Assembly: GCA_964507185.1 (NCBI GenBank)
Contig: CAZDOY010000007.1
Coordinates: 39,260 to 103,259 of the forward strand
Reading direction: 5' to 3'
Origin: an uncultured Thermoanaerobaculia bacterium
Lineage (GTDB): Bacteria > Acidobacteriota > UBA4820 > DSQY01
DNA length: 64,000 bases
In this document: piece after piece, positions 9,954 through 19,181 of the stretch
Layout: each line of letters begins with the position of its first letter
How positions within the stretch are numbered: the stretch's first letter is position 1
Made by a program: the position numbers and the translations under genes
The notes under the pieces: generated by a model
What the model saw: the letters and a program-made list of their open reading frames with translations, nothing else
What the model was told of the DNA's origin: nothing
Database searches by the model: none

Positions 9954-10870
9954 CCCAGAAGAAGCTCCGCATCGGCAGCAGGGGAAGCACGCTCGCCCTA
10001 TGGCAGGCCAACTACGTGAAGGGCCGGCTATCGGAGCTTGCGCCGGGTACGGACGTGGACGTGGTGGTCATCAAGACGAGCGGCGACAGGATTCAGGACC
10101 GCCCGCTCTACGAAATCGGGGGCAAGGGGCTCTTCATCAAGGAAATCCAGATGGCCCTTCTCGAGGACCGGGTGGACCTCGCCATTCACAGCCTCAAGGA
10201 CTACCCCGTGGACAACCCGCCTGAGCTGACGCTCGCGTGCATCCCCCAGCGGCAGGACCGCCGTGACGTCCTCGTGATGAACCACGGACTCTCCACGGAC
10301 GCCTTCCCCGAGAAGGCGCGGGTGGGCACGGGTAGCCTGCGGCGCCGCTATCAGGCCCAGCTCCTCCATCCGGAATGGGACCTCCACGGCTTGAGGGGCA
10401 ACGTGGAAACGCGCCTGAAGAAAGCCGACTCGGAAGACCTGGACGCCGTCATACTCGCCTCGGCCGGCCTCAAACGCCTGGGCTACGACGGCAGGATCAG
10501 CCGCTGTTTCTCCATAGACGAGATGGTGCCGGCCGTCGGCCAGGGCGCCCTCGCCGTGGAATGCCGGCGGGCGGACACCGCACTGCTTTCTCTGCTCAAG
10601 GGGATGGAGGACGGGAAGGCCGCACGCGAAGTCCTTGCGGAGCGGCGCTTTCTAGAGGGGCTCGGCGGGGACTGCACGACACCCGTGGGCATCGACGCCG
10701 AGATTTCGGACGGCCGCGTAGTCCTGCGCGCCTTCCTGTCATCGAACGACGGGAGCCGCCACATCAAGGACCGTCTCGAAGGTCCCGCCGACCGGGCGGA
10801 GGCGCTGGCCGAAGACCTGCTGAAGGCCTTCGACGCGCGCGGCGCCCGGGCTCTCATGGGAACGAACTGA
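9950..10870 (+). CDS. hemC: hydroxymethylbilane synthase (porphobilinogen deaminase)
   Basis: MTQKKLRIGSRGSTLALWQANYVKGRL...; ATGA overlap with hemA. Confidence 0.9.
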   Translation: MTQKKLRIGSRGSTLALWQANYVKGRLSELAPGTDVDVVVIKTSGDRIQDRPLYEIGGKGLFIKEIQMALLEDRVDLAIHSLKDYPVDNPPELTLACIPQRQDRRDVLVMNHGLSTDAFPEKARVGTGSLRRRYQAQLLHPEWDLHGLRGNVETRLKKADSEDLDAVILASAGLKRLGYDGRISRCFSIDEMVPAVGQGALAVECRRADTALLSLLKGMEDGKAAREVLAERRFLEGLGGDCTTPVGIDAEISDGRVVLRAFLSSNDGSRHIKDRLEGPADRAEALAEDLLKAFDARGARALMGTN

Positions 10871-10895
10871 CAGCTACTTCTTACCCGGGGAACGG

Positions 10896-11666
10896 ATGGA
10901 CCGGACGCTCGACGACCTGAAAGTGCTTGTCACGCGCGAGTCCCGGCGCAGGGATGCGCTCGTGGAGGGCCTGGAGGCGCGCGGCGCGCGGGTCATCTGG
11001 CTGCCGGCCATCGAAACCGTGCCCGTGGAGCCGTCGAACGCCCCGGATGTCCTGGCCGATCCCGCCCGGTATGCGTGGATCGTGTTCACAAGCCCGAACG
11101 GCGTGCGTTTCTTCGGAGAATGGGCCGAATCCACCGGATTTGTGCCCCACCCGGAGGTGCGTGTGGCCTGCGTCGGAAAGAGCACGGCGGCGGCCGCCCG
11201 GCACGCCGGCTGGCGCGTGGAAGTCACGCCGCCGCAGTTTACCGGCAAGGAGCTGGGCAGAACGATGGTTGAAAAGTTCCCGGCCGCCGGGGCGCTCCTG
11301 CCAAGGCCCGTCGTGGCCCGCGAGGAACTCTCGAGTACCCTTGCAGATGCCGGGTGGAGCGTGACGCCGATCGTCGTCTACGTAACCCGCCCGGTTGCGC
11401 TGGACCGTGCGGCCCTCGCGGCCTTGGAGCGCGGCGTGGACGCCGCGGTCTTCGCCTCGCCCTCGGCGTTGAACAGCCTGTGGGAGCGTGTATCGGAAAC
11501 AGCCCGCGCGGCGCTCGTCGCGACCCGGTGCGTTCCTATCGGCCCGACGACGGCCGCGGCCCTCAGACGCGTTGGCCTGGAACCCGCCACAATCCCGGCG
11601 GAACACTCCCCCGGAGGCATCCTGGCCGCCCTCGAAGAGCTGTTCGCACAAAGGTCCGCCCGCTGA
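10896..11666 (+). CDS. hemD: uroporphyrinogen-III synthase
   Basis: LKVLVTRESRRRDALVEGLEARGARVIWLPAIETVPVEP... HemD fold; not fused to a methyltransferase. Confidence 0.8.
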   Translation: MDRTLDDLKVLVTRESRRRDALVEGLEARGARVIWLPAIETVPVEPSNAPDVLADPARYAWIVFTSPNGVRFFGEWAESTGFVPHPEVRVACVGKSTAAAARHAGWRVEVTPPQFTGKELGRTMVEKFPAAGALLPRPVVAREELSSTLADAGWSVTPIVVYVTRPVALDRAALAALERGVDAAVFASPSALNSLWERVSETARAALVATRCVPIGPTTAAALRRVGLEPATIPAEHSPGGILAALEELFAQRSAR

Positions 11667-11774
11667 CCCCGGCGGGCCTTCGCCCCGCCTCCCCCTATCC
11701 TGCTACAATGGAACACGACGCCTGAAAACGACGCGGCGCGCGGCCGTGCGGCGCACTCCCAGGGGACGGAAGCC

Positions 11775-14276
11775 ATGCCAGACACCCTCTATCTCGTCGA
11801 CGGGTCCTCGATCCTCTACCGGGCCTTCTTCGCCATCCGCCACCTGTCCACCCACGACGGGCGGCCGACGAACGCGATATTCGGGACGCTCAAGATGGCT
11901 CAGAAGCTCCTGAAGGACCACTCACCGAGCCATATCGCCTTCGTCTTCGACACGGCGGCGCCGACCTTCCGCCATGAGGCCTTCGAAGCCTACAAGGCCA
12001 ACCGTCCCGACATGCCCGACGACATGGCCGTGCAAATCACACCGGCCAAGGACATCCTCCGGGCCATGGGCCTGCCCGTCCTCGAAAAGGACGGCTACGA
12101 GGCCGACGACCTCATCGGCACCCTGGCCCGCGAAGCATGGGAGGCGGGCATGGAAACGGTCATCGTCACGGCCGACAAGGACATGTTCCAGCTCGTCCGC
12201 GAGGGCGTCCGCATCCTCCACACCAAGAAGGAGGACGCCGTCCTGGACGAGAAGGGCGTGGAGGAAGTCTTCGGCGTGCCGCCCGAGCGGGTCGTGGACG
12301 TGCTGGCTCTCTGGGGGGATGCCACCGACAACATTCCCGGCGTGCCGGGCATCGGCGAGAAGGGCGCCAAGCAGCTCGTGCAGGAATTCGGCGGGCTGGA
12401 GGACGTGCTCGCCCACGCGGACGAGGTGAAGCGCAAGGCCTACCGCAAGGGTCTCATGGAGCACCCGGACCAGGCTCGCCAATCCCGCGAACTCGCCACC
12501 ATAAAGACGGACGTGCCTCTGGAGTGGGCGCCCGGGGACCTCCACATAGGCGAACCGGACCACGGACGGCTCGTGGAATTGTGCCGGGAGCACGAATTCG
12601 AGTCCCTCCTCAAGGAGTTTCTTCAGCAGACGCCCTCCCTGGGCGTTCAGGTCGCGGAAAAGCCCTGGGAGGACGGACTGCTCGAAATACTCGCCGGTGA
12701 GGAGGCGGTCGGGCTCGCGTGGGACGGTGGGGACGCCTGGGTATCGGATGGCAAGACCGCGTGGAAAGGGCCCCTTCAGACCGCCGCCGGGAAGCGGACC
12801 CTCGCGTTACCGCTCTGCGTCCACGGGTACAAGGCCCTCCTGCACGCGACCCGCGCCTACGGCCGAGGCACGGGCGAGAGGGTGTTGGATGCCGCCGTGG
12901 TGGGGTACCTGCTCAATCCGTCCGGATCCGTCCCCTCCATCGCCAGGCTCTCCACGGAGATCCTTGGGGAAACGCCCGTGGAAGGAGACCACGCCGCGGA
13001 ATCGCTCCTCCTCGCGAGACTGCGGGAGCCGCTCAGGGCCCACCTGGATGAGCTGGGCATGGCCGGGCTCTACGACAGCGTGGAACGGCCGCTCATCGAA
13101 GTCCTCGCCCGCATGGAGGCAGCGGGCGTGCTCGTCGACAGGGCCTACTTCGAAGACCTCTCCGCCGAGATGGCCGGGAGCCTTCAGGACATCGAAAGAC
13201 AGATCTACGAGGCCGCGGGAACGGAGTTCAACGTGGCGAGCCCCAAGCAGGTGGGCGAGGTCCTCTTCGAAAAACTGGGCCTTCCGGTCCGGAAGAGGAC
13301 GTCCAAGACCAAGTCCTACTCCACCGACAACGAGGTCCTCGAGTTTCTCAAGCCCGCCCATCCCGTCGTACCCCTGATTCTGGAGTACCGCCTCCTGTCC
13401 AAACTCAAGGGGACGTACGTGGACGCCCTGCCGGCCTGCATCGACCCCGATACCGGCCGTGTCCACGCGGCGTTCCATCAGACCGTCACCGCCACCGGAC
13501 GCCTCTCCTCCTCCGACCCGAACCTGCAGAACATCCCCGTCAAAGGGGAATGGGGCGCCAGGATCCGCAAGGGGTTCACGGCGGCGCCCGGCTGTCTCCT
13601 CGTGGGGGCGGACTACTCCCAGATCGAATTGCGGATGCTTGCCCACCTTTCGCGGGACCCCGTTCTCACAAAGATCTTCGAGCGCGGCGAGGATATCCAC
13701 ACCACGACGGCCTCCGAGGTCTTCGACGTGGCGCCGGGTTTCGTCGACGCCGGCATGCGGCGCCAGGCGAAGGTCATCAACTTCGGCATTCTATACGGAA
13801 TGGGTCCCTTCGGCCTTTCCAGGGAACTCGGCGTGCCCCAGAAGGAGGCCAAGGCCTTCATAAGCCGGTATTTCGACCGGTTCCCTTCGGTCAAGGCCTA
13901 TCTGGACGGCGTTCAGGAGCAGGTCATGAAGGCGGAGGAGGTTACCACGGTCCTCGGTCGGCGGCGGCTCTTTCCCGGCATCTCACGGGCGCAGAAACCC
14001 GCCCAGCAGGCCCTTTTGCGCCAGGCCGTGAACACGACGGTCCAGGGCAGCGCGGCGGACCTCATCAAGAAGGCCATGATCACGGTGGACGGAAGCCTGC
14101 CGGAAGGGTGCCGCCTCATTCTCCAGGTCCACGACGAACTCATCGTGGAGGCTCCGGAAGGCGAGGCAGAAGGGGCGGCTGACATCCTGAAGAGGTCCAT
14201 GGAGGGCGCCATGAAACTCCGGGTGCCCCTCATCGTCAGCCTGAGCACGGGGCGCCGCTGGAACGACCTGAAGTAG
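11775..14276 (+). CDS. polA: DNA polymerase I (833 aa; 5'-3' exonuclease plus polymerase domains, proofreading motifs apparently degenerate)
   Basis: MPDTLYLVDGSSILYRAFFA... 5' nuclease; C-terminal KVINFGILYGMG and LILQVHDELIVEA motifs; size like Taq-type Pol I. Confidence 0.9.
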   Translation: MPDTLYLVDGSSILYRAFFAIRHLSTHDGRPTNAIFGTLKMAQKLLKDHSPSHIAFVFDTAAPTFRHEAFEAYKANRPDMPDDMAVQITPAKDILRAMGLPVLEKDGYEADDLIGTLAREAWEAGMETVIVTADKDMFQLVREGVRILHTKKEDAVLDEKGVEEVFGVPPERVVDVLALWGDATDNIPGVPGIGEKGAKQLVQEFGGLEDVLAHADEVKRKAYRKGLMEHPDQARQSRELATIKTDVPLEWAPGDLHIGEPDHGRLVELCREHEFESLLKEFLQQTPSLGVQVAEKPWEDGLLEILAGEEAVGLAWDGGDAWVSDGKTAWKGPLQTAAGKRTLALPLCVHGYKALLHATRAYGRGTGERVLDAAVVGYLLNPSGSVPSIARLSTEILGETPVEGDHAAESLLLARLREPLRAHLDELGMAGLYDSVERPLIEVLARMEAAGVLVDRAYFEDLSAEMAGSLQDIERQIYEAAGTEFNVASPKQVGEVLFEKLGLPVRKRTSKTKSYSTDNEVLEFLKPAHPVVPLILEYRLLSKLKGTYVDALPACIDPDTGRVHAAFHQTVTATGRLSSSDPNLQNIPVKGEWGARIRKGFTAAPGCLLVGADYSQIELRMLAHLSRDPVLTKIFERGEDIHTTTASEVFDVAPGFVDAGMRRQAKVINFGILYGMGPFGLSRELGVPQKEAKAFISRYFDRFPSVKAYLDGVQEQVMKAEEVTTVLGRRRLFPGISRAQKPAQQALLRQAVNTTVQGSAADLIKKAMITVDGSLPEGCRLILQVHDELIVEAPEGEAEGAADILKRSMEGAMKLRVPLIVSLSTGRRWNDLK

Positions 14277-14288
14277 CGCCGCCCCTGA

Positions 14289-14311
14289 TGACCGCGCCTT
14301 CGGGCGCAGTC
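14289..14311. terminator. weak GC hairpin between convergent polA and thyX (overlaps thyX stop)
   Basis: gaccgcgccTTCGggcgcagtc; no clean U-run. Confidence 0.25.
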
Positions 14312-15122
14312 ATTTCAGCTTGAACTTTTCGCGAATCTCGCGGGGGACGTCGTCGTCCTTGGGCATGCGTTCTTTAAGCCATTCCACGGACTCGGTGGAC
14401 AGGGAGACGGCGCTGAGGCGGTATTTCTCGAAGGCGGCATAGGCCAAAGGGGCAACGCGCCGCGTCAGGTCGGCCATGATGGCCGCGTATTGCCGGATTT
14501 CCCACTGGGCGTGCTCGTCGAGGCGCAGCCTCAGGAAGTGAAAGAGGTTGTTCAGGTCCATCTGCCAGTACCACTCGGTGTAGAGGCTCAGCGGAAGGCC
14601 GATGCGCGCCACTTCCCGGGCGAGATTCTTGTTCAGCATGGCCTCGTAGTGGGCGTAGGCGTCCTTCTGCCCCGCCTCGAGGGTCGCGATGACGGCCCCG
14701 GCGTCTTCGAGAGACAACGTCTCCTCGGAACGGCCCTGCTTGTTCACGGCGCTCTGGGTCCTGAGCGTCGATTCCGTGGGCGTGTAGAACTCGTCCTTCA
14801 TCACGGAGTAGCGCCCGGACATTTCGTTGAGGCGCGCGGTACGGTGGCGCACCCACTGCCTGGCCACGAAGATGGGGAGCTTCACGTGGAACGTGAGGAT
14901 CACCTGCTCGAAGGGCGAGGTGTGGCCGTTCCGCATGAGATAGTTGATGAGCCCCTGGTCCTCGCGGACGGTCTTGGTGCCTTTTCCGTAGGACACCCGC
15001 GCGGCGGCCACTATGCGCTCGTCTCCGCCGAGGTAATCCACCAGGCGGACGAAACCCTTGTCCAGAACGGAAAACTCCTTGTCGAGAACGGACTCGGCAT
15101 CTGGGATGACGACGTGGGCCAT
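14310..15122 (-). CDS. thyX: FAD-dependent thymidylate synthase ThyX (270 aa)
   Basis: MAHVVIPDAESVLDKEFSVLDKGFVRLVDYLGGDERIVAAARVSYG... and RHRTARLNEMSGRY (RHRX7S ThyX motif); track ORF has spurious 124-aa N-extension. Confidence 0.9.
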   Translation of the reverse strand: MAHVVIPDAESVLDKEFSVLDKGFVRLVDYLGGDERIVAAARVSYGKGTKTVREDQGLINYLMRNGHTSPFEQVILTFHVKLPIFVARQWVRHRTARLNEMSGRYSVMKDEFYTPTESTLRTQSAVNKQGRSEETLSLEDAGAVIATLEAGQKDAYAHYEAMLNKNLAREVARIGLPLSLYTEWYWQMDLNNLFHFLRLRLDEHAQWEIRQYAAIMADLTRRVAPLAYAAFEKYRLSAVSLSTESVEWLKERMPKDDDVPREIREKFKLK

Positions 15123-15229
15123 GACATGTCCTCCGAAAGGCGGTGAGCGACCTGGGCCGGAAGTGCCGGCGGCGAACGCGCAGGCACAGGGTAACCGTCC
15201 GGTGCGGCCGCCGTCAACGGTGCCCGCGC

Positions 15230-15613
15230 TCAACCACCGCGGTGCTTCCTGGGTTCCTCCCGGGGCAGATCCTTCTCGCGCGCCATCCGTCTCGCAAGGC
15301 CGAAACCTCGAAGTAGAACGACGGCCAGGCAAAGCAGGATGACGAGCACGAGAGGAGGGGTTCCGAACCGCCATGCGTAAACCCGCCTCCACAGCAGGAG
15401 GGCATGAACCCCCAGCAACGAACCGAGCACGACGAAGTCCCGCCCGACGCGGGCGTTGGCTGCGAACCAGATTTCGTCGTCGGCCAGGGTCCACGTGGTT
15501 TTGAAACCAAAGACGGGATTCCTAGGTATGAGCTTGAAGGCGAAGGGTGCGCCGAGAAGGATCATGCACGCCGCGGCGATGGCCGGAATGAAGACGACGT
15601 TTGATGCGGTCAT
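15230..15613 (-). CDS. SdpI/YhfL-family small membrane protein (127 aa)
   Basis: MTASNVVFIPAIAAACMILLGAPFAFKLIPRNPVFGFKT... 3-4 TM; strong SD AAGGAGGAAACC before ATG 15613. Confidence 0.55.
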   Translation of the reverse strand: MTASNVVFIPAIAAACMILLGAPFAFKLIPRNPVFGFKTTWTLADDEIWFAANARVGRDFVVLGSLLGVHALLLWRRVYAWRFGTPPLVLVILLCLAVVLLRGFGLARRMAREKDLPREEPRKHRGG

Positions 15614-15838
15614 GGTTTCCTCCTTTTTTGTCACCCGCCCGGACCCACCGGATTGCACGGGGTGCTACGGACATCCGCGGGGCTGCGGGCGCCGAGCTGC
15701 ATGTGGCCGCCGGTGGCATTTCAGGCCGGAAGCCAGTAATATTATAGGCTCAACTCGGCGGCGCTCTCTCTCGGATGGCGGATGGTCGTCCCAACCCTGG
15801 TGCCCGACGAGTCTTGTGCCGAGGAACCGGAGGTGTGG

Positions 15839-17383
15839 GTGACGAAGCGAATTCTCGTGGCTGACGATGACAAGCTGATCCGGCAGGTCATCGGAGAACT
15901 TCTCTCACACAGCGGTTATGTAGTTGCCGAGGCCGCCAACGGCAAGGAGGTCATGGCCCACGTCAACCTCGCTCCGCCGGACCTCATCATCCTTGACCTG
16001 AAGATGCCCTCGGTGGACGGGTTCCAGGTCCTTGCCTGGCTCAAGGCCGACGAGATCACGCGCTTCATTCCCATCATTGTGATCACGGGCCATGAGGGCC
16101 ATAGCGAAAGGGTGCGGAGCCTGGAACTGGGCGCCGACGACTTCCTCATGAAACCCGTCGAGCATACCGAACTCCTGGCCAGGGTGCACTCTCTCTTGAG
16201 ATTCAAAGGACTCAACGACCAGATGCTGCACAGCTACCGCCAGATAAGCGAACTTGGCCGAATCGCGGAGGATCTCCTCCAGGCCAGGGACCCCATGAGC
16301 CACCTGAGCGAGGCCGTGCTGGGCTCGCTCCTGCGAGAGGAAGTTTCTGAGTCGCTGAGGCCCTCGCGGCTGTGGACGGGCCGGCGTTCCGGCGAGCGAT
16401 TGGGCGGCGTCACCTTTCGACTTGACGATGGGTCCGTGCACAAGGAATCCTCGCATATATCGCTGAAAACGGTGGAATCGTCGCTCGCCGGGGCGAGCAG
16501 GGAAGGCGACCTCTTCTGGGTCAACGGTCCGCTTCCCGGCCCGATCAGCCGTCTCTTCGGAACCGATGGAGCATTGACCTCCATAGTCGGCGTGACGCGG
16601 GAGGCAAACTGGTTCATGGCATCGGGTTACAACCACGCGGTCAATGCCTACGACGGGCAGGTACTGAGAACCATAGCCCTCCAGTGGCAGTTCTTCGATC
16701 GCATAACTGACGAGATGCGTGCCACAGAAGACGCCTTCTTCTACATGATGTCGGCCCTTGCCAGGGCTGCCGAGTTGAACGATCAGGAGACGGGGAACCA
16801 CATCATGCGGGTGAACGCCCAGTCTGCTCTGCTTGCGGAGAAACTCGGCTGTTCGCACGAGTTCGTCAGGTGGATCGGACAGAGCGCCCAGATGCACGAC
16901 GTGGGAAAGATGAGCATCCCGCGGTCTGTGCTTCGCAAGCCCGGCCCGCTGGACAGAGATGAGTGGGCCTGGATTTATCGGCATCCACTTTACGGGGCCC
17001 AGATTCTCGGGGAATCCCCGCGGTTGTCCATGGCCCGGGAAATCGCTCTGGCGCACCACGAAAACTGGGATGGATCGGGCTATCCCACCGGACTCGACAG
17101 CACGAAAATCCCCCTGTCAGCCCGCATCGTCAAGATCGTGGACGTCTACGACGCGCTACGGAGCGCCCGGCCTTACAAGCGGGCCCTGACGCACGAGGAG
17201 ACTCTGGCGATCATCGGCCAGGGTGACAATCGGGTACTGCCGACCCACTTCGATCCCGAGATTCTGTCGTGCTTTATCCACAGCGAATCCAACGTGCACG
17301 ATATCCACCGCGCCTACGCCGACACGGAAACCTCGCCGGGCGACGAGCATACGCCTCCGCCGCATCCCTTCGTAAGGCACTGA
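15839..17383 (+). CDS. response regulator: REC domain, about 200-aa uncharacterised middle region, C-terminal HD-GYP phosphodiesterase domain
   Basis: KRILVADDDKLIRQVIGELL...IILDLKMPSVDGFQVL (REC); C-term ...HDVGKMSIP...ALAHHENWDGSGYPTGL (HD-GYP). GTG 15839 with GGAGG SD; alternative ATG 15782. Confidence 0.8.
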   Translation: MTKRILVADDDKLIRQVIGELLSHSGYVVAEAANGKEVMAHVNLAPPDLIILDLKMPSVDGFQVLAWLKADEITRFIPIIVITGHEGHSERVRSLELGADDFLMKPVEHTELLARVHSLLRFKGLNDQMLHSYRQISELGRIAEDLLQARDPMSHLSEAVLGSLLREEVSESLRPSRLWTGRRSGERLGGVTFRLDDGSVHKESSHISLKTVESSLAGASREGDLFWVNGPLPGPISRLFGTDGALTSIVGVTREANWFMASGYNHAVNAYDGQVLRTIALQWQFFDRITDEMRATEDAFFYMMSALARAAELNDQETGNHIMRVNAQSALLAEKLGCSHEFVRWIGQSAQMHDVGKMSIPRSVLRKPGPLDRDEWAWIYRHPLYGAQILGESPRLSMAREIALAHHENWDGSGYPTGLDSTKIPLSARIVKIVDVYDALRSARPYKRALTHEETLAIIGQGDNRVLPTHFDPEILSCFIHSESNVHDIHRAYADTETSPGDEHTPPPHPFVRH

Positions 17384-17429
17384 GATCGGTCCGACAACCC
17401 CTGCTTCCGACGTGGCGAAGGGGACGGCG

Positions 17430-18836
17430 TCAGACCCTGTGCAGTTTGATCACATTGGTGACTTCCGAGTCGCCCGAGAGCATGGAGAGCGTGACGATCA
17501 CGTTCTGTCCTGGCACCACCAGGCCCGCCCGATGGACGGCTTCCAGTGCCGAAGAGACCGCTTTCTCGGCATCGTAGGACGGCTCCACCCGCAGCGGGAC
17601 GACGCCCCACACGACGGCAAGCCGGTTCAGAACGGCTTCATCCGCGCTGCAGGCCACGATGGGGGCCTCCATGTGAAACTTGGAAAGCAGGCGGGGCATT
17701 CTACCCGTGGGCGTGATGGATATCACGGCGGCGACGCGGAGGTCCTCTGCCGCGCTGGCCGCCGCGTGGCTTGCCGCGTGGTGGAAGTCCGTTACGCCGG
17801 TGAACGGCTGCTGCTCGGGATGGTAGAAGCGGCTGCTTTCGGTTTCCCGCGCGATGCGGCTCAGGACGGAAACCGCCTGCACGGGATAGTTTCCTACGGC
17901 CGATTCGGCGGAAAGCATGACCGCGTCCGTCCCGTCGTAGATGGCGTTGGCGACGTCCGAAACCTCCGCCCGCGTGGGTGTCGGGTGGTCGATCATGGAT
18001 TCGAGCATCTGGGTGGCCGTGATGACGAACTTGCCACGTCGGTTGGCTTCCGCGATGATCGTCTTCTGCGCCTGAGGCACGTGCTCCGGGCCTATCTCTA
18101 CGCCCAGGTCGCCGCGGGCCACCATGACACCGTCGACCTCCTTCAGGATGGCTTCGAGGTTGTCCATGGCCTCGGGCTTCTCGATCTTTGCCACGATCCA
18201 CGGCGGCTTTTCAGCCTTCGTGAGGGTCCTTTTCAGGCCCCGCACGTCGGAGGCCTTGCGCACGAAGGAGAGCGCCACGATATCAACGCCGAGTTTGAGG
18301 CCGAAGGCCAGGTCGTCCTTGTCCTTCTTCGTGAGGGACGGCGCGCTCAGCGCCACGCCCGGGAGGTTGACGCCCTGGTGCGACCGAACGACGCCGCCCC
18401 GGACCACCACCGTCCTTACGTCCGCGGCGACCACCTTCTCGACGCGGACTTCTATGGTCCCATCGGCGAGAAAAACCCTGTCGCCCTTCTTCACATCTTT
18501 CGGCAGGTGCCGATATGTGGTAAAGGCCTTCTGGGCAGTACCTTTGCACGGCTTGGTGACCAGCGTGAAGGCCTCGCCCTCCACGAGCGTGGCCGCGTCC
18601 TCGGAGAACTCGCCCAGCCTGATCTTGGGCCCCTGGAGATCCTGGAGGACGGCCAGCGGGCGCCCGATCCTGCGGCTCACGGAGCGCACTGCGTTGAATC
18701 GCCCCGCGTGATCCTCGTGGGTGCTGTGGGAGAAGTTGAGGCGGGCCACGTCCATCCGCGCTTCCGCCAGTTCAAGAATGCGCTCCTCCGAATGGCTGGC
18801 CGGTCCGAGCGTGCAGACTATCTTGGTGTGGGCCAT
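17430..18836 (-). CDS. pyk: pyruvate kinase (468 aa)
   Basis: MAHTKIVCTLGPASHSEERILELAEARMDVARLNFSHSTHEDH... Confidence 0.9.
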   Translation of the reverse strand: MAHTKIVCTLGPASHSEERILELAEARMDVARLNFSHSTHEDHAGRFNAVRSVSRRIGRPLAVLQDLQGPKIRLGEFSEDAATLVEGEAFTLVTKPCKGTAQKAFTTYRHLPKDVKKGDRVFLADGTIEVRVEKVVAADVRTVVVRGGVVRSHQGVNLPGVALSAPSLTKKDKDDLAFGLKLGVDIVALSFVRKASDVRGLKRTLTKAEKPPWIVAKIEKPEAMDNLEAILKEVDGVMVARGDLGVEIGPEHVPQAQKTIIAEANRRGKFVITATQMLESMIDHPTPTRAEVSDVANAIYDGTDAVMLSAESAVGNYPVQAVSVLSRIARETESSRFYHPEQQPFTGVTDFHHAASHAAASAAEDLRVAAVISITPTGRMPRLLSKFHMEAPIVACSADEAVLNRLAVVWGVVPLRVEPSYDAEKAVSSALEAVHRAGLVVPGQNVIVTLSMLSGDSEVTNVIKLHRV

Positions 18837-18906
18837 ATTCGTACCCCCTCCGCGGTTTCCCTGATACCACGATTCGGCGCCCTCTGGCAACGATCAGAGG
18901 TACTCA

Positions 18907-19170
18907 AGTGACCGAGTGGCCGGGTCGCGGCCATATCTTCGAAGAAAGAAAGCGGGAATAGGTGAGCAGGTAACCTAGTGAGCAGGTCGCGTGCTGACCT
19001 TCGAAGGTTCGTCCCCGGCCGCCCTTTCTTCTTCTTGACCCTCAGCCGTTCGGTCTGAGGCTTCGGAGAAGTGAAACTCCCTGCTTCCCTGCCGTCCTTC
19101 AATCCGCAATCCCAAATCCCAGTTCCCAAGTATCCATAGGGCCTTGGCCCTTAGCCCTTGGGAAAAAACC
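18907..19170 (+). repeat. intergenic repeat family, copy A (longest; contains internal tandem gtgagcaggt x2)
   Basis: modules agtgaccgag / CCTTCGAAGG palindrome / aatccgcaatcccaaatcccag / gaaaaaacc shared with copies at 34325-34541 (inverted), 40370-40500, 50061-50211. Confidence 0.5.
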
Positions 19171-19181
19171 ATCTTCTGCTG

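Noticed and set aside
14289-14311. possible bidirectional terminator between polA and thyX
   Set aside because: Kept only as a low-confidence feature. The stem is 5-7 bp with a bulge and overlaps the thyX stop codon.
17383-17430. hairpin between convergent HD-GYP regulator and pyk
   Set aside because: Stem is imperfect (ccccTGcttc...gaagGgggg) and lacks a U-run. May contribute to termination but too weak to call.
18962-18991. tandem gtgagcaggt x2 (possible CRISPR or tandem repeat array)
   Set aside because: Only two 10-nt units separated by 6 nt inside repeat copy A. No spacer-repeat periodicity and no cas genes anywhere in the window. Not a CRISPR.
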